Notes: generated by a model not told the origin, from the letters alone. DNA of 64,000 bases from Mobula birostris (GCF_030028105.1 NC_092375.1:44491130-44555129), one strand, 5' to 3'; counted from the stretch's first letter, positions 12,670-25,837 are shown. Made by a program: numbers and translations.

Positions 12670-15322
12670 GATGGCTTTTTAGAGCAGTTTATCGTTGAGC
12701 CTACAAGGGGATCAGCTATAGAGGATTGGGTGATATGTAATGAACTAGAAGCGATTAGGGATCTTAAGGTAAAAGAACCCTTACGAACCAGTGATCGCTA
12801 CATGATTGTGTTCAACTTGCAATTTGATAGGGAGAAAGTAAAGTCCGATGCAGCGGTATTTCAGTGGAGTAAGGGAAATTACAGTTGCACGAGAGAGGAG
12901 TTGGCCAAAGTAAACTGGAAGATGCTTCTGGCAAGGATGTCAGCAGAGCAGCAGTGGTGTGTGTTTCTGGGAAAATGAGGAAGGTGCAAGACATGTGTTT
13001 TCCAAAAATGAAAAAAATACTCAAATGGTAAAATAGTACAACTGTGGCTGACAAGGGAAATCAAAGCTATTGTAAAAGCAAAAGAAAGGGCATACAACAA
13101 AGCAAAAATTAGTGAGAAGATTGAGGATTGGGAAGTTTTCAAAAACCTACAAAAAGCAACTAAAAAACTCGTTAGAAAGGAAAAGAAGAAATATGAAAGC
13201 AAGCTAGCAAATAATATCAAAGTGGATTGTAAAAGTTTTTACAAGTATGTTAAAAATAAAAGAGAAATGAGAGTGGATATAGGACTGCTAGAAAATGAGG
13301 CAGGAGAAATAATAAGGGGGACAAAGAGATGGCTGATGAACTAAATGAGTATTTTGTGTCAGTCTTCACTGTGGAAGACCCTAGTAGTATATGCCTGATG
13401 TTGTAGTGTGTGAAGGAAGAGAAGAGGGTGCAGTTACTATTACAAGAGAGAAGGTGCTCAAAAAGCTGAAAGACCTAAAGGTACATACGTTACCCGGACC
13501 AGATGAACTGCAATCTAGGGTTCTGAAAGAGTTAGCGTTAAGAGATTGTGGGGCATTGGCTTTCAAAAATGATTTGACTCTGGCATGGTGTCAGAGGACC
13601 GGAAAATTGCAAATGTTACTCCACTCTTTACGAAAGGAGGAAGGCAGAAGAAAGGAAATTATAGACCAGTTAGCCTGATCTCAGTGGTTAGGAAGATGTT
13701 GGAGTCAATTGTTAAGGATGAGGTAATGGAGTACTTGGTGACACAGGACAAGATAGTACAAAGTCAACATGGTTTCCTTCAGGAAAAATCCTGCCTGACA
13801 AATTTGTTGGAATTCTTTGAGGAGATTACAAGTAGGATAGATATAGGGGATGCAGTGGATGTTGTATATTTGGACTTTCATAAGGCCTTTGACAAGCTGC
13901 CACACGTGAGGCTTCTTACCAAGTTAAGAGCCCATGATATTACAGGAAAGTTACTAAAATGGTTAGAGCATTGGCTGATTGGAAGGAGTCTGCGAGTGGG
14001 AATAAAAGGATCCTTTTCTGGTTGGCTGTCAGTGACTAGTGGTGTTCCGCAGGGGTTGGGACCAGTTCTTTTTATGCTGTATGTAAGTGATTTAGATGAT
14101 GGAATAGATGGCTTTGTTTCCAAGTTTGCAGATGATATGAAGATTGGTAGAGGGGCAGGTAGTGTTGAAGAAACAGGTAGGATGCAGAAGGACAATGCAT
14201 GGTCATGCACTTTGGTAGTAGAAATAAACGTGTGGTCTATTTTCTAAACAGGGAGACTATCCAGGAATCTGAGGCACAGAGGGACTTGGGAGTCCTTGTG
14301 CAGAATACCCTGAAGGTTAACTTGCAGGTTGAGTCGGTAGTGAGGAAGGCAAATGCCACGTTAGCTTTCATTTCAAGAGGTCTAGAATACAAGAGCAAGG
14401 ATGTGATGGTGAGGCTTTATAAGGCACTGATGAGGCCTCACCTTGAGTTTTGTGAACAGTTTTGGGCTCCTCATCTTAAAAAAGATGTGCTGGCATTGGA
14501 GAGGGTCCAGAGGAGGTTCACAAGGATGATTCCAGGAATGAAAAGATCATACGAGGAATGTTTGATGGCTCTGAGTCTGTACTCACTGGAATTCAGAAGG
14601 ATGAGGGAGGATCTCATTGAAACCTTTTGAATGTTGAAAGGCCTAGACAGAGTAGATGTGGTAAGGATATTTCCCATGGTGGGAGAGTCCAGGACAAGAG
14701 GGCACAGACTCAGGATAGAAGGGCGCCCTTTCAAAACAGAGATGTGGAGAAATTTCTTCAGCCAAAAGATGGTGAATTTGTGGAATTTGTTGCCACATGC
14801 AGCTGTGGAGGCCAGGTCACTGGGTGTATTTAAGGCAGGGATTGATAGGTTTTTGATTGGACATGGCATCAAAGGTTACAGGGATAAGGCTGGGAACTGG
14901 GGTTGAGGAGGAGATAGAACAAAAGGATCAGCCTGGGCCAGCTGGTGGCGCAATGACATCAGCGCTGAACCCGGGAGCGGAGGTTCCCGGGTTCGAAACC
15001 AGTCGCATCTGCTCCCGAGTACGCTTTCCATCCATGCTAGGTTGAGTGTCGAGATCGCAATTTGACCTCGTAAAAATAAAAGGGAAAAATACTGCGAAAA
15101 TGTCTGTGTGAGGAGTGGCGCGCCACACAGTCTCTCTCTCGCTCTGCGCCTTGTAACAGACATGAAAAGGACATCACGGATGCACACACAGAGACTCGCA
15201 CGCACGCAGGTACACGCCAAAAAAAACAGAAAAAAGGATCAGCCATGATTGAATGGCAGAGCAGATTCGATGGGCCAGATGGCCTAATTCTGCTCTTATG
15301 TCTTATGGTCTTATGGAAGTCT
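12670..15322 (+). mobile_element. CR1 LINE ORF2 (endonuclease end to 3' tail), frameshifted, with a SINE in its 3' UTR
   Basis: ORFs 12568-12978 (FLEQFIVEPTRG), 13585-14247 (NYRPVSL, YLDFHKAFDK, FADD), 14199-14630 and 14631-14906. Tail tcttatgg repeats at ~15300-15320. Confidence 0.92.
14934..15231 (+). mobile_element. Young tRNA-derived SINE with target-site duplication
   Basis: A-box-like TGGCGCAATG and B box GGTTCGAAACC. CpG-rich with an A-rich tail. TSD AAAAGGATCAGCC at 14921-14933 and 15232-15244. Confidence 0.88.
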
Positions 15323-16080
15323 CTCTCCATTCTTTCGTTCTCAAAGGGTCTCTATCCATATCATCAGATCCTAAAACATCTTTAACTGGGCAACTGAGGA
15401 GTTTAAAGATGGTGGACAGACAGCAAGTACTGGCTATGCCAGCAACGTCCAAATCCTGTGTACGACTAACAAAACCGTTCAGACATGCAGCACTCCAAGG
15501 GACGGTAATCCCTGAATTCCGCAAGCCTCATACAGTTGGCCCAAATGCTATCTAAAAGCACTAGGCTGACCTCTGTGGTCACTGAATTATCACACTGAAC
15601 CAAAGAAGCCACTTATTTTAAAGTTATATTGCCTGATAGCTGGCAGATCATGTTTGCTTTCAAAAAACTGGGGTGATTGGTAGGCATTCAGCATTGCTGG
15701 AAATGGAGAGAATCCTCTTGTGTCACACTCAGTAGAGTATTAATTCTAACCATCCTCATAATACCAATGACTCCCAAGGTAAAATTTCAACCCATTCATT
15801 TCCAATACAACACAAAGAATAAAGCACCCCATTTAGGGATTGTTCTCAAAATATGTGAAACATTTATGGCATTATTTCTCCACAGTGGAGTTTCTTTTGT
15901 TCATTGTGTTGCAATCAGTCAGTTGTAAAAGTAAGGTTCTTAATTTTTTTTAGTTTTGTCTCCCTATTCTTAAGCAGAAACAATATTTACCACAGTAAAC
16001 AAAGAAAATTCAGACACCATGATAAAAAAATCTGTAAAGTTAATTTGGGGGGAGAAATGAAAAGCAATTTAATATTCTGA

Positions 16081-16316
16081 AAAAAAAATGTACAGCTGGT
16101 ACTATTTTGTTCTGATAATCTTAAGTACATTTCCATCCTTTGTTCTTATTTATAAATATCCCACTGTTCATAGTTACTCTTTTACACAGCAGTAAAAGAA
16201 AAAAAAAATGTACAGCTGGTACTATTTTGTTCTGATAATCTTTTTAAGTACATTTCCATCCTTTGTTCTTATTTATAAATATCCCATTGTTCATAGTTAC
16301 TCTTTTACACAGCAGT
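16081..16316. repeat. Two-copy ~120-bp direct tandem duplication of unique sequence
   Basis: 16081-16193 and 16201-16316 are identical except for a TTT indel and one substitution. Confidence 0.92.
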
Positions 16317-16734
16317 ATGTAGTTAGTTAGGAGACAAAATTGATGAAAAGTCAGAATAAACAAAAATGGTAAGTTAATGGCTAAAACAGAAGCCAAGAGA
16401 AAGAGAAGGAAAGTGGGAGTGTTTTTTTTTTAAGCACTGGAATACGAGAAATATATTAAAGACTTGTGTAACATCTTTTGTACTTGATCAAAAAAAAATT
16501 ACAGAAAATAACTGCAATGTTCCATCAGAAATTTGACTGATAGATCAATTTTCAATGTCTAAAGCATTATTGCCTTGAGAGGAATAAAATATCAATTTAA
16601 ATTGACAATGTTCTACCAAGTGAGAAAATCATCCCAACCCTATTTGCAGTCCTCTTTATTCACCTATTCTTTCAAATGCAGAACATGGGTACAATTTTTT
16701 GATCAAATGTTAATGGAAACATTCTCAGTACACC

Positions 16735-16985
16735 AGTAAAACAAGAAACCAATCTGCTGGAAGCACTCCGCAAGTCAAACAGCATCTGCTGGAGGAAAAG
16801 AATCGCTGATGATTTATGCCAAAATGCTGCAGGAAGAGCCCTCCTCAGTCCTGATACAGGGCTTCAGCCCAAAACTTCAACAGTTCCTTTCCTCCTACGG
16901 ACACCATCCCACCCACTGAGTTAGTTCTTCCAGTAGATTGATTAGTTATTCCAGATTCCTGCATATGCAGTCTCTAGTGACTCCT
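16735..16985. mobile_element. Degenerate fold-back PLE terminal-repeat remnant
   Basis: Resembles the PLE terminal repeat in both orientations and holds a decayed hammerhead-like motif at 16847-16882. Confidence 0.5.
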
Positions 16986-17113
16986 CTGACTTCAGGTCTA
17001 AATTTAATATTGTGTTTATAATTAATTATTATCTGGCCTGTGATCAGCCTGCAGTCAACTTGACAATTAAGATATTAAAATCTTGCAATAACAAGCTAAC
17101 ACTGAAATTTAGA

Positions 17114-17315
17114 CAACACACACACAAAATGCTGGTGGAACGCAGCAGGCCAGACAGCACCCATAGAAAGAAGCACAGTCGACGTTTCAGGTCGAAACCC
17201 TTCGTCGGGTCCCTTGTGCTTCTTCCTATGGATGCTGTCTGGCCTGCTCTGTTCCACCAGCATTTTGTGTGTGTTGCTTGAATTTCCAGCATCTGCAGAT
17301 TTCGTGTTTGCGTAT
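17114..17315. mobile_element. Fold-back element of two inverted PLE terminal repeats
   Basis: 17114-17177 is nearly the reverse complement of 17215-17276. The same repeat caps PLE copies at ~33955, ~53900 and ~58020. Confidence 0.85.
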
Positions 17316-17773
17316 TGAAATTTAGATTCAGGTTGAAAAAAGAAGTAGTGCTTTTATGCTTCTTGCCTCATGCATACCATTATTTTCTCATCCTTAGCAA
17401 ATTGCTGACATCTTTTATTCCTTCCTCAGCCTATAAGCATTTCATTCATCCCCATACATTTCAATTGATCAATGTGAGAACTTGAATACAGCAAGCTCTC
17501 AAACTAAATCAGATAAATGACCATTGCTATGGAATCAGTGTCGGCCAGGAGAAGCTCTAGTCTTCAAGGGGTACCAAGGAACTTTTTACTTTTATACACA
17601 CAGATAACCAAAACCTCGGTTTAAGCCCTCACTTCAATGACAACACATAGGATTTGAAACCAGTCAACCAGTGACTGGATACTGCCAGCCGCTTGTATTT
17701 AATTTTGCCCAGAGTAAGTGGGAAGTAAAATCTGGGAAGCTGCTGGTTAGAGTTTTCCCCAGATGAATTTGGC

Positions 17774-17850
17774 CAGAGGTTCCGAACCTTTTTTTATGCC
17801 ATGGACCCCTACCATTAACCAACGGGTAGACCTGTAGACCCCTGGATTAG
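17774..17850. mobile_element. Short hAT-type MITE remnant
   Basis: cagaggttccgaaccttttttatgccatggacccc resembles the CAGGGGTTCCCAACC termini of hAT MITEs; the right end is degraded. Confidence 0.45.
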
Positions 17851-17897
17851 GCATTTATGAAATGAAACCCTCACTGACAACTGGATAAAGTGCAGGA

Positions 17898-18140
17898 CGG
17901 CTCGGTAGGATAGTGATCAACATAACACTACTACAGCACCAGCGACCCGGGTTCCATTCCGCTGCTGTCTCTAAGGAGATTTATGTTTTCCACATGACCA
18001 CACGGGTTTATTCCAGACACTCCGGTTTCCTTCCATATTCCAAAGACTTACAAGTTAGTAGGTTAACTGGTCACAAGGGTGTATCTGGATGGCATGACTT
18101 GTTGGGGCAGAAGCACCTGCTTCTGTGTTGTATCTCCAAA
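17898..18140 (+). mobile_element. V-SINE/HE1-like SINE
   Basis: tRNA-like head (cgacccgggttccattcc) plus the V-domain-like ctccggtttccttccatattccaaagac. Confidence 0.65.
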
Positions 18141-18513
18141 TAAAAAATAATAATTTCATATTTTTTAAAAATTCAAGACCACATCTACCAAGGCAAACAA
18201 AAGAATAAGTTTACACGAGAATAGGAGTTGCAGATCAAAGTGCTGCAATAGAGTCTATGTTCCATATAGTATGCATGATCTAGATACTACTTCATAAACA
18301 CAAGAGGTTCTGCAGCTGCTGGACATCTTCAGCAACACAATAAAGTGCTGGAGGACCTCAGCAAGTCAGCTGTATTTAGAGATGGGAACAAACAGCTAGC
18401 ATTTCAGGTTCAGACACTTTATCAGGACTGGAAAGAAAGGGGGAAGAAGCTGGAAAATGATGGGGGGAGCGGAAGCAGTACAAGCTGGCAGGTGATAAGT
18501 GAAACCAGATGAG

Positions 18514-19116
18514 GTACCTCATTAGGAGTTTGAAGAGATCTGGTATGTCAACAAATACACTCAAAAACTTCTATAGTTGTACTGTGGAGAGCATTCTGAC
18601 AGGCTGCATCACTGTCTGGTATGGAGGGGCTACTGCACAGGACTGAAAGAAGCTGCAGTGGGTTGTAAATCTAGTCAGTTCCATCTTGGGTACTAGCCTA
18701 CTAAGTACCCAGGACATCTTCAGGGAGCGGTGTCTCAGAAAGGCAGCGCCCATTATTAAGGACCTCCAGCACCCAGGGCATGCCCTTTTCTCACTGTTAC
18801 CATCAGGTAGGAGGTACAGAAGCCTGAAGGCACACACTCAGCAATTCAGGAACAGCTTCTTCCCCTCTGCCATCTGATTCCTAAATGGACTTTGAATCTT
18901 TGGACACCTCACTTTTAAAAAAAATATACAGTATTTCTGTTTTTGCACGATTTTAAAAATCTATTCAATACACATAAATTGACTTGTTTATTTATTATTT
19001 TAATTTAATTTTATTATTTTTTTCTCTCTGCTAGATTATGTATTGCATTGAACTGCCGCTGCTAAGTTAACAAATTTCACATCACATGCCGGTGGTAATA
19101 AACCTGATTCTGACTC
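18514..19116 (+). mobile_element. Rex1/Babar 3' fragment nested in the PLE
   Basis: ORF 18686-18877 is nearly identical to ORF 2130-2321 and ends aataaacctgattctga. Confidence 0.85.
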
Positions 19117-20213
19117 GGAGGGTAGGTGCGTGTATGTGTGGGGGAGTTTGTTGAAATAAGAACCTAGCAGGTGATAGGTGGAAAAGTAAAGGGCTGAAGA
19201 AAAAGAAATCTGATAGGAGAGTGAATCATTGAAGAAAAGGAAGGAGGGACACCAGAGGGAGATGATCAGCAGGTGAGGAAAAGAGAAGGGATGAGAGAGG
19301 AACCAGAATGGGGAATGATAAAACAGAAAAGGGGAAGGGGGAAGAAATTAACAAAAGTTAGAGAAATCGATGTTTATGCCATCAGGTTGGAGGCTTTCAT
19401 GAAAGAATATGAGATGTTGCTCCTCCAACCTAAGTCTGGCCTTATCCTGGCAATAGAATGGAAGGGGAAGACCAACAGGTCAGAATAGGAAACAGAAGGA
19501 GAATTCAAGTGGGTAGACACAGGGAAAGCTCACATGTTCTGGCAGATGAAGTGAAGGTGCTTGACCAATGTAGAGGTGGCCCAACTGGGAGCTCCAGATA
19601 AAATGGATGACTGGCAGACTCCAAGGTGTGAAGTGTTGCGTCACCTGGAAAGACTGTTTGGGTTCTGAATGGTGGTGAGGGAGATAATTTAGGGGCTGTT
19701 GTAGCACTTGTCATGCTTTAAGGGGTAAATGCCAGGAGGAATATCAGTAGGGAGGGACAAGTGGACAAGGGAGACACACAGAGATCGATCACTATGGAAA
19801 TGGTGAGTCGATAAGAGGGAAAGATATGTTTAGTGGTAAGATCCTGTTGTAGATGATGGGAACTACAGAGAATGATGTGCTAGATATGGCGGCTCGCATG
19901 CTGAATGGTAAGGATAGGTGAAATTGTAACCCTGTTCCAGCAGTGGGAAGATGGGGCGAGAGCCTATGTCCAAGAAATGGAGTAGATGCAGATGCAAGTA
20001 GCATTGATTGTAGTGGAATAGAAACCCTGATCTTTGAAAAGGAAGGGCATGTCAAATGTTCTAGGAAAAAAAACTCATCCTGAGAACAGATGCAGCAGAG
20101 AAAAAGGAACAGAGAAAAGTGAATAGCATTTTTACAAGTGACAGGGTGGGAAAAGATATAGTCAAGATAGCTGTGAGAGTCCGTAGGTTTTTTGAGAGAA
20201 AAGGGAGAGGGTT

Positions 20214-20593
20214 TGAGAAAGGGAAGAAGGTTTGAGAAAGGGAAGAGGGATTGAGAAAGGGAAGAGGGATTGAGAAAGGGAAGAGGGATTGAGAAAGGGA
20301 AGAGGGATTGAGAAAGGGAAGAGGGATTGAGAAAGGGAAGAGGGATTGAGAAAGGGAAGAGGGATTGAGAAAGGGAAGAGGGATTGAGAAAGGGAAGAGG
20401 GATTGAGAAAGGGAAGAGGGATTGAGAAAGGGAAGAGGGATTGAGAAAGGGAAGAGGGATTGAGAAAGGGAAGAGGGATTGAGAAAGGGAAGAGGGATTG
20501 AGAAAGGGAAGAGGGTTTGAGAAAGGGAAGAGGGATTGAGAAAGGGAAGAGGGATTGAGAAAGGGAAGAGGGATTGAGAAAGCGGTAAGAGGT
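20214..20593. repeat. 19-bp minisatellite (TGAGAAAGGGAAGAGGGAT) x ~20
   Basis: Unit starts fall every 19 nt from 20214 to 20575; a few T/A variants, last unit degenerate. Confidence 0.97.
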
Positions 20594-22068
20594 ATTGGGG
20601 ATGAACCAAGTAAATTTGAGGGTAGGGTGGAAATTGGAGTCAATGTTAACCAAATTGATGAACTCAGCATGGGTGCAGGAAGCAGCACCAATGGTGCAAT
20701 CAGTGCAGTGTCGAAAGATTTAGGGAACATTATCAGTGTCAGCTACGTGGAACAGTGGAGGTTGTTCCACATAGCTGACAAAAAGCCAGGCACAACTGGG
20801 CCCATGGCTGTACCTTGGGTTTGGATAAAGTGGGAGGAGCTAAAAGAGAAATGACCAGCTCTGCCATACAGAGGAGGGTGGTGGTGGAGGGGAACTGGTT
20901 GGGTCTGTTGTCCAGAAAGAGACAGAGAGTGTTAAGGCCTTCCTGATGAGGGTTAGAAGTGTATAGGGACAAGATGTTCATAATGAAAGTGGTGATCATG
21001 GCCAAGAAACTGATTGAGCGTGTGTGAAGCGTAACAGGTATAGGTAGGAAGGGACTGAACTGAGGGGGTCAAAATGGAGTCAAGGTATGTAAATACAAGT
21101 TCAGTGGGCTAGGCAGGCATATACAACAGGCCTACTGGGACAGTCAGGTTTGTGGATCTTGGGTAGGAGGTAGAAACAAGCAGTGCTCAATTTAATTTTC
21201 AATGAAATAAGAATAATCCTTTGCTTTAGATTCAAGAAATTAAAATAACTTAGTAATGTTGAAAATTAGTCATTGAGGCAGACATCACAGCACACAAATC
21301 TATTACAGTAATGTCTAAAGGGTACATTATTACCTGCACAGATGTGGCTTCAGAGCAGGCCACATCACTGAGAGGAACACAAAAAATTGAGACCGAGTCA
21401 TCATTTAGAGGAGAGAGCAGACAATGACTAAATCAATCCACATCACACACCCACACACCTCATCAGAGTCAGCTCAAGGTCAACAAAGTCAATGTGACTG
21501 TGGAACTTCAGTAATAGAAAATTTACCAGCCCAAAACTCCATTCGTCTTTGGATATTCTGCCACATCACCATAACTTTACTGAAAGCTCAACCAAACAAC
21601 AGAAAGTCCAAAGATATGGAGGAAAAATGCACCAATAGTTATTGTTCTGTGGCCTAATTCATTCAGTGCTGAACTTGTCTTTACATGTCTGGTTAGATGA
21701 TGGAACAGTGGAATGAGTTATGTATTTGTCTTCTAATTGCATTTACAATTCAAAAACAAATCTTTTAACCTAATTCAAACACAGGGGCTCCCCAGGTTAT
21801 GAATGACCCGATTCATGAAAATCCAAATTTACACAAAACTCCGCAAAAAATTTTAAAGCATTTTTAATCTAGCAATTAAAAAAATCATAGTATTCATTAA
21901 TGATTGAATACAGTATATATTCCATCAGTTCAATAGGTAGTGTTAAGCTGATTATTCAATGACATGAAACAATATTAGGAATTATACATAGTATGATACA
22001 ATGTGTTACTATGGGAAACTGATCTTTCTGACTTGTGTACAAATCAGCTAAGCCTACACACACACATA

Positions 22069-23685
22069 CAGTGCCTATAGGAAGTATTCATGTATTCATT
22101 GGAAGTTTTTGTGTTTTATTGTTTTATCACATTGAATCACAGTAGATATAATTTGGTGCTCTTTGGTGTCAAAGTGAAAACAGATCTCTACAAAATGATC
22201 TAAATGAATTAATTACAAATATAACACAAAATAATTGACTGCATAAGTATTCACACCATTCTTGTCAGTATTTGGTAGATTCACCTTTGATAGCAATTAC
22301 AACCTTGAACCTGTGTAGAGAGGACTCTAGCAGCTTTGCACATCTTGACTCTGCAATTTTTCCCCATTCTTCTTTATAAAACTGCACAAGCTCTGTCAGA
22401 TTACATGGGGATCATGACTGAACAGCACTTTTCAAATCCAGCCACAAATTCTCAATTGGGTTGAGGTCTGGTCTCTGACTTGGCCACTCTAGGACATTAA
22501 CTTTGTTGTTTTTAAACCATTCTTGTGTGGTTTTGGCTTTACACTTGGGGTCATTGTCATGCTGGAAAACAATCTTCTCCCAAGTCACAGTTCTCTTGCA
22601 GACTACATCAGGTCTTCCTCCAGGATTTCCCTGTATTTTTCTCCATTCATTTCACCCTCTACCTTCACAAGCCTTCCAGGGCCTGCTGCAGTGAAGCATC
22701 TTCACAGCATGATTCAGCCACCACCACAATTCACAGTAGGGATAGAGTTTTCATATTGTGCGGTGTTTGGCTTATGTCAAACATAGTGTTTAGTCTGATA
22801 GGTAAAAAGCTCAATTTTGATTTCATCAGACCATAGAACCATCTTCCACCTGACTTCAGTCTCCCACATGCCTTCTGGCAAACACTTGCCGAGAATTTAT
22901 GTGAGCTTTTTTTTTCCTACAGTAGCTTTCTCTTTGCCCCTCTCCCATAAAGCTCTGACTGGTGAAGCACCCAGGCAACAGTTATGGTATGCGCAATTAC
23001 TCCCAGCTCAGCCACTGAAGCTTGTAACGCCTCCAGAGTTGTCATGGGTCTCTTGGTGGTCTCCCTCACTAGCCCCTTCTTGCATGGTCACTCAGTTTTT
23101 GAGGATGGCCTGCAGTGGGCAGATTTATAGCTGTGCCATATTCTTGCCATTTCTTGATGACTGTATTAACTCTACTCCAAGGGATATTCAGTGACTTGGC
23201 AATTTTCTTGTATCCATCTCCTGACTTATGCCTTTTCACTAACCTTTTTGCGGAGTTGCTTGGAGTGTTCTTTTGACTTTGTGGTGTAGTTTTTGCCAGG
23301 ATACTGACTCACCACCAGATGGATGTTCCAGATACAGGTGTATTTTCACTACTATCAATTGAAACACCTTGACTGCACACAGGTGATCTCCATTTAACTA
23401 AATATGTGACTTCTAAAACCAATTGACTGCACCAGTGATGATTTGGTGTGTCATATTAAAGGGGGGGGGTGAATACTTTTGCAATCAATTATTTTGGTTT
23501 AATATTTGTAATTAATTTAGATTACTTTCTAAAGATCTGTTTTCACTTTGACATGAAAGAGTCTTTTCCTGTTGATCAGTGTCAAAAAAGCCAAATTAAA
23601 TCCACTGCAATTCAATGTTGTAAAACAATAAAACATAAAAACTTCCGGGGGGGGGGGTGAGTGTGAATACTTTTTATGGGCACTA
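22069..23685 (-). mobile_element. Full-length but decayed Tc1 transposon (IR/DR type)
   Basis: TA|CAGTGCC..AAGTATTCA and TGAATACTT..GGCACT(A)|TA termini; inner direct repeats near 22245 and 23470. The minus strand encodes the C-terminus SRCAKLLE..KVVIAIKGESTKY*. Many stops and frameshifts. Confidence 0.87.
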
Positions 23686-23689
23686 TAAA

Positions 23690-23895
23690 TAAATTAAATA
23701 AGCAGAGCAAAAAGAGAGTAAATATACTGAGGTAGTGTTCATGGGTTCATTGTCCATTCAGAAATCTGATGGCAAAGGGGAAGAAACTGTTCCTAAAACA
23801 TTGAACGTATGTCTTCAGGCTCCTGTACCTTCTCCCTAATGATAGTAAAGAGAACAGAGTATGTCCTGGGTGATGGGGGTCCTTACTGATGGTGC
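23690..23895 (-). mobile_element. Rex1/Babar 3'-end fragment
   Basis: Matches the 3' end of the 1940-2300 copy. Confidence 0.7.
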
Positions 23896-24879
23896 TACTG
23901 GAGAAGGAAGACAATCAATAAGCTGAACTCAAGGTCTTCATGATCCAAAGTGAAAAATGTTCAAAATGGGAAAGGTTTGCAAGAGGTCTGCAGTAGAATG
24001 CAACCTCTCAATAAAGTCAAATGTTCCGTTATATTGAGAAACAGGATATTAGATTGTGGATGTGCAAATTATCACATAGAAATCCTTCGGCGTTAGTAAT
24101 AATGAAACAACATAAAAGCTGGCATATTGAATAGATCTTGTGAAAACAACCAGAGCAAGAGAAAAATTAAAATTAGTTTCAAAATATGAAATCCAAGATA
24201 TTAAAATGTATTAGTTGTACAAATATCATGAATTATTCTGCTTAAGCATACCAAAAAAAAACAAAGTTGTTAGGAATCTGAAATAATAGCAGAAAATGCT
24301 GAAGAACTTGCCAATTTTTATTAGTATTCACAAACAGGATTTAAGCATTTCAGTACTTTGAATAATTTGTGCTTTAGTTCTGTACAATTTTACAGCACAT
24401 ATAAAGTGTGTTGATAATTTAGCTGTCACACTTTTGAGGTGAACTGTTGTGTGATACATTCACAAGCCTGGAGCACCATGAGTAAAATGTTTTCAAAAAG
24501 ATAATATTATTAAACAAATCACCACTGCAACTTTAACCTTAGGCTTCGCTTTTGCTTTAGATAGAACACTTATGGTAAAACTAAAAGTTACATAACATAT
24601 TCTTTACAGAGCTAAAAACAAATACACACACATATTTGAATGTACCATCTGGTAACATTTTCTTCAAAAATGTGTTATTAATCAATCTACAAAAGCTGTA
24701 TATTTTTGCACTATGGATTGCAATTATAACAAATCACACTGAAGATCAAATCTCAGCTTTTTAATTAATTAATCTGCATCTTATGATGTATGCTATTAAA
24801 GACCTTAGTCTATATTCCAAGAGTATTCTACTGAGATCTGAATTCCTATTTTAACGTTATTTCGGCAAAGACTGGAATT

Positions 24880-25160
24880 AATTAATTTAGGGATACCGTA
24901 CAGAGTAGTCCCTTTGAGCCTCACTGCCCAGAAACCCCCCATTTAACTGTGCCTAATCATGGGGACAATTTACAATGACCAATTAATCTAATTACCAGTA
25001 GTCTTTGGAATGTGGGATGAAATTGGAGTACCCGGAGGAAACACATGTGGTCATGGGGAGGATGTACCGTATCCTTACAGACGGTGCTGGAATTGAACTC
25101 CAAACTCTGGAACAGCCCGAGCTGTAACAGCATCGCACAAACCCGTGCTACTGTGGCGTT
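24880..25160 (-). mobile_element. V-SINE/HE1-like SINE
   Basis: The reverse complement has a tRNA-like head (ggagttcaattcc) and the V-domain-like gtttcctccgggtactcc. Confidence 0.65.
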
Positions 25161-25837
25161 GAAATACTAAAGGCCAGCTTGGGTGAGATGCATCAGCTGA
25201 TTTTACTGAAGATAAACATTAGCATTCATGTATCCTCTTTATCTTATGCAAATTTCACCCCGCATAATAAATAATCCTAAAACACAAACAGTATTGAAAA
25301 GCTCATTTATGTCTGCATTTTGAAGAATATAACAGGAGCAGATGGATGCCATTTAGCCCATTGCGGCTGCTTTGCAATTCAATAAAATCTTGGCTGATTT
25401 TCTCTAACATTTTCCTGACCTTGCATTGAATTTCTTTAAAAAACTGAGGCCAATTTGTTGTTAAGACAATGCATGCTTTTGAATTGAGCAAGACGTGCAG
25501 TTCTGAAAGTGAAACCCCTCTTTGCAAATTCTTGTACCTAATACAACAACTGTGACAAAGTCCAAATTAAAGGCTGGGCTTTCTTTTGGGAAACAGAATG
25601 AAGAAAGGCTTGCTCCCATAAAGACTCAGTGTCAAAGACTCAAAAGCCGGTCTGATGTCCAAATGATTGTTTCTGATGGGAAATGCTGGTTAAAATGTAG
25701 TTAAAAAGTGGTATATGGCATAATCGTGTACATCTCTTGGAATGATTTTAAACTGAGTTTCTGTTAGGAATGATGCACTGATTTTGTCGTGTAGTAAGGT
25801 GATTGAGGTGTGTGACATGACAAGGGTAGAAGCACTT

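Larger units (their letters stand above)
18290..21180 (-). mobile_element. Penelope-like element (partial RT, GIY-YIG, 3' terminal repeat), interrupted by Rex1 and a minisatellite
   Basis: Minus-strand peptides SNFHPTLKFTW, KPTDSHSYLDY..SHP..CKNAI and TQTVFPGDATLH (pre-GIY region). Terminal repeat at ~18330-18510. Confidence 0.85.

Noticed and set aside
14934-15020. tRNA gene, and likewise other A/B-box heads
   Set aside because: No complete cloverleaf; followed by a SINE body, tail and TSD.
20214-20593. CRISPR-like array
   Set aside because: Units are contiguous with no spacers, there are no cas genes, and the context is a eukaryotic intron.
19792-20854. 312-, 182- and 163-aa periodic ORFs
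   Set aside because: Artefacts of the 19-bp array within a broken PLE ORF.
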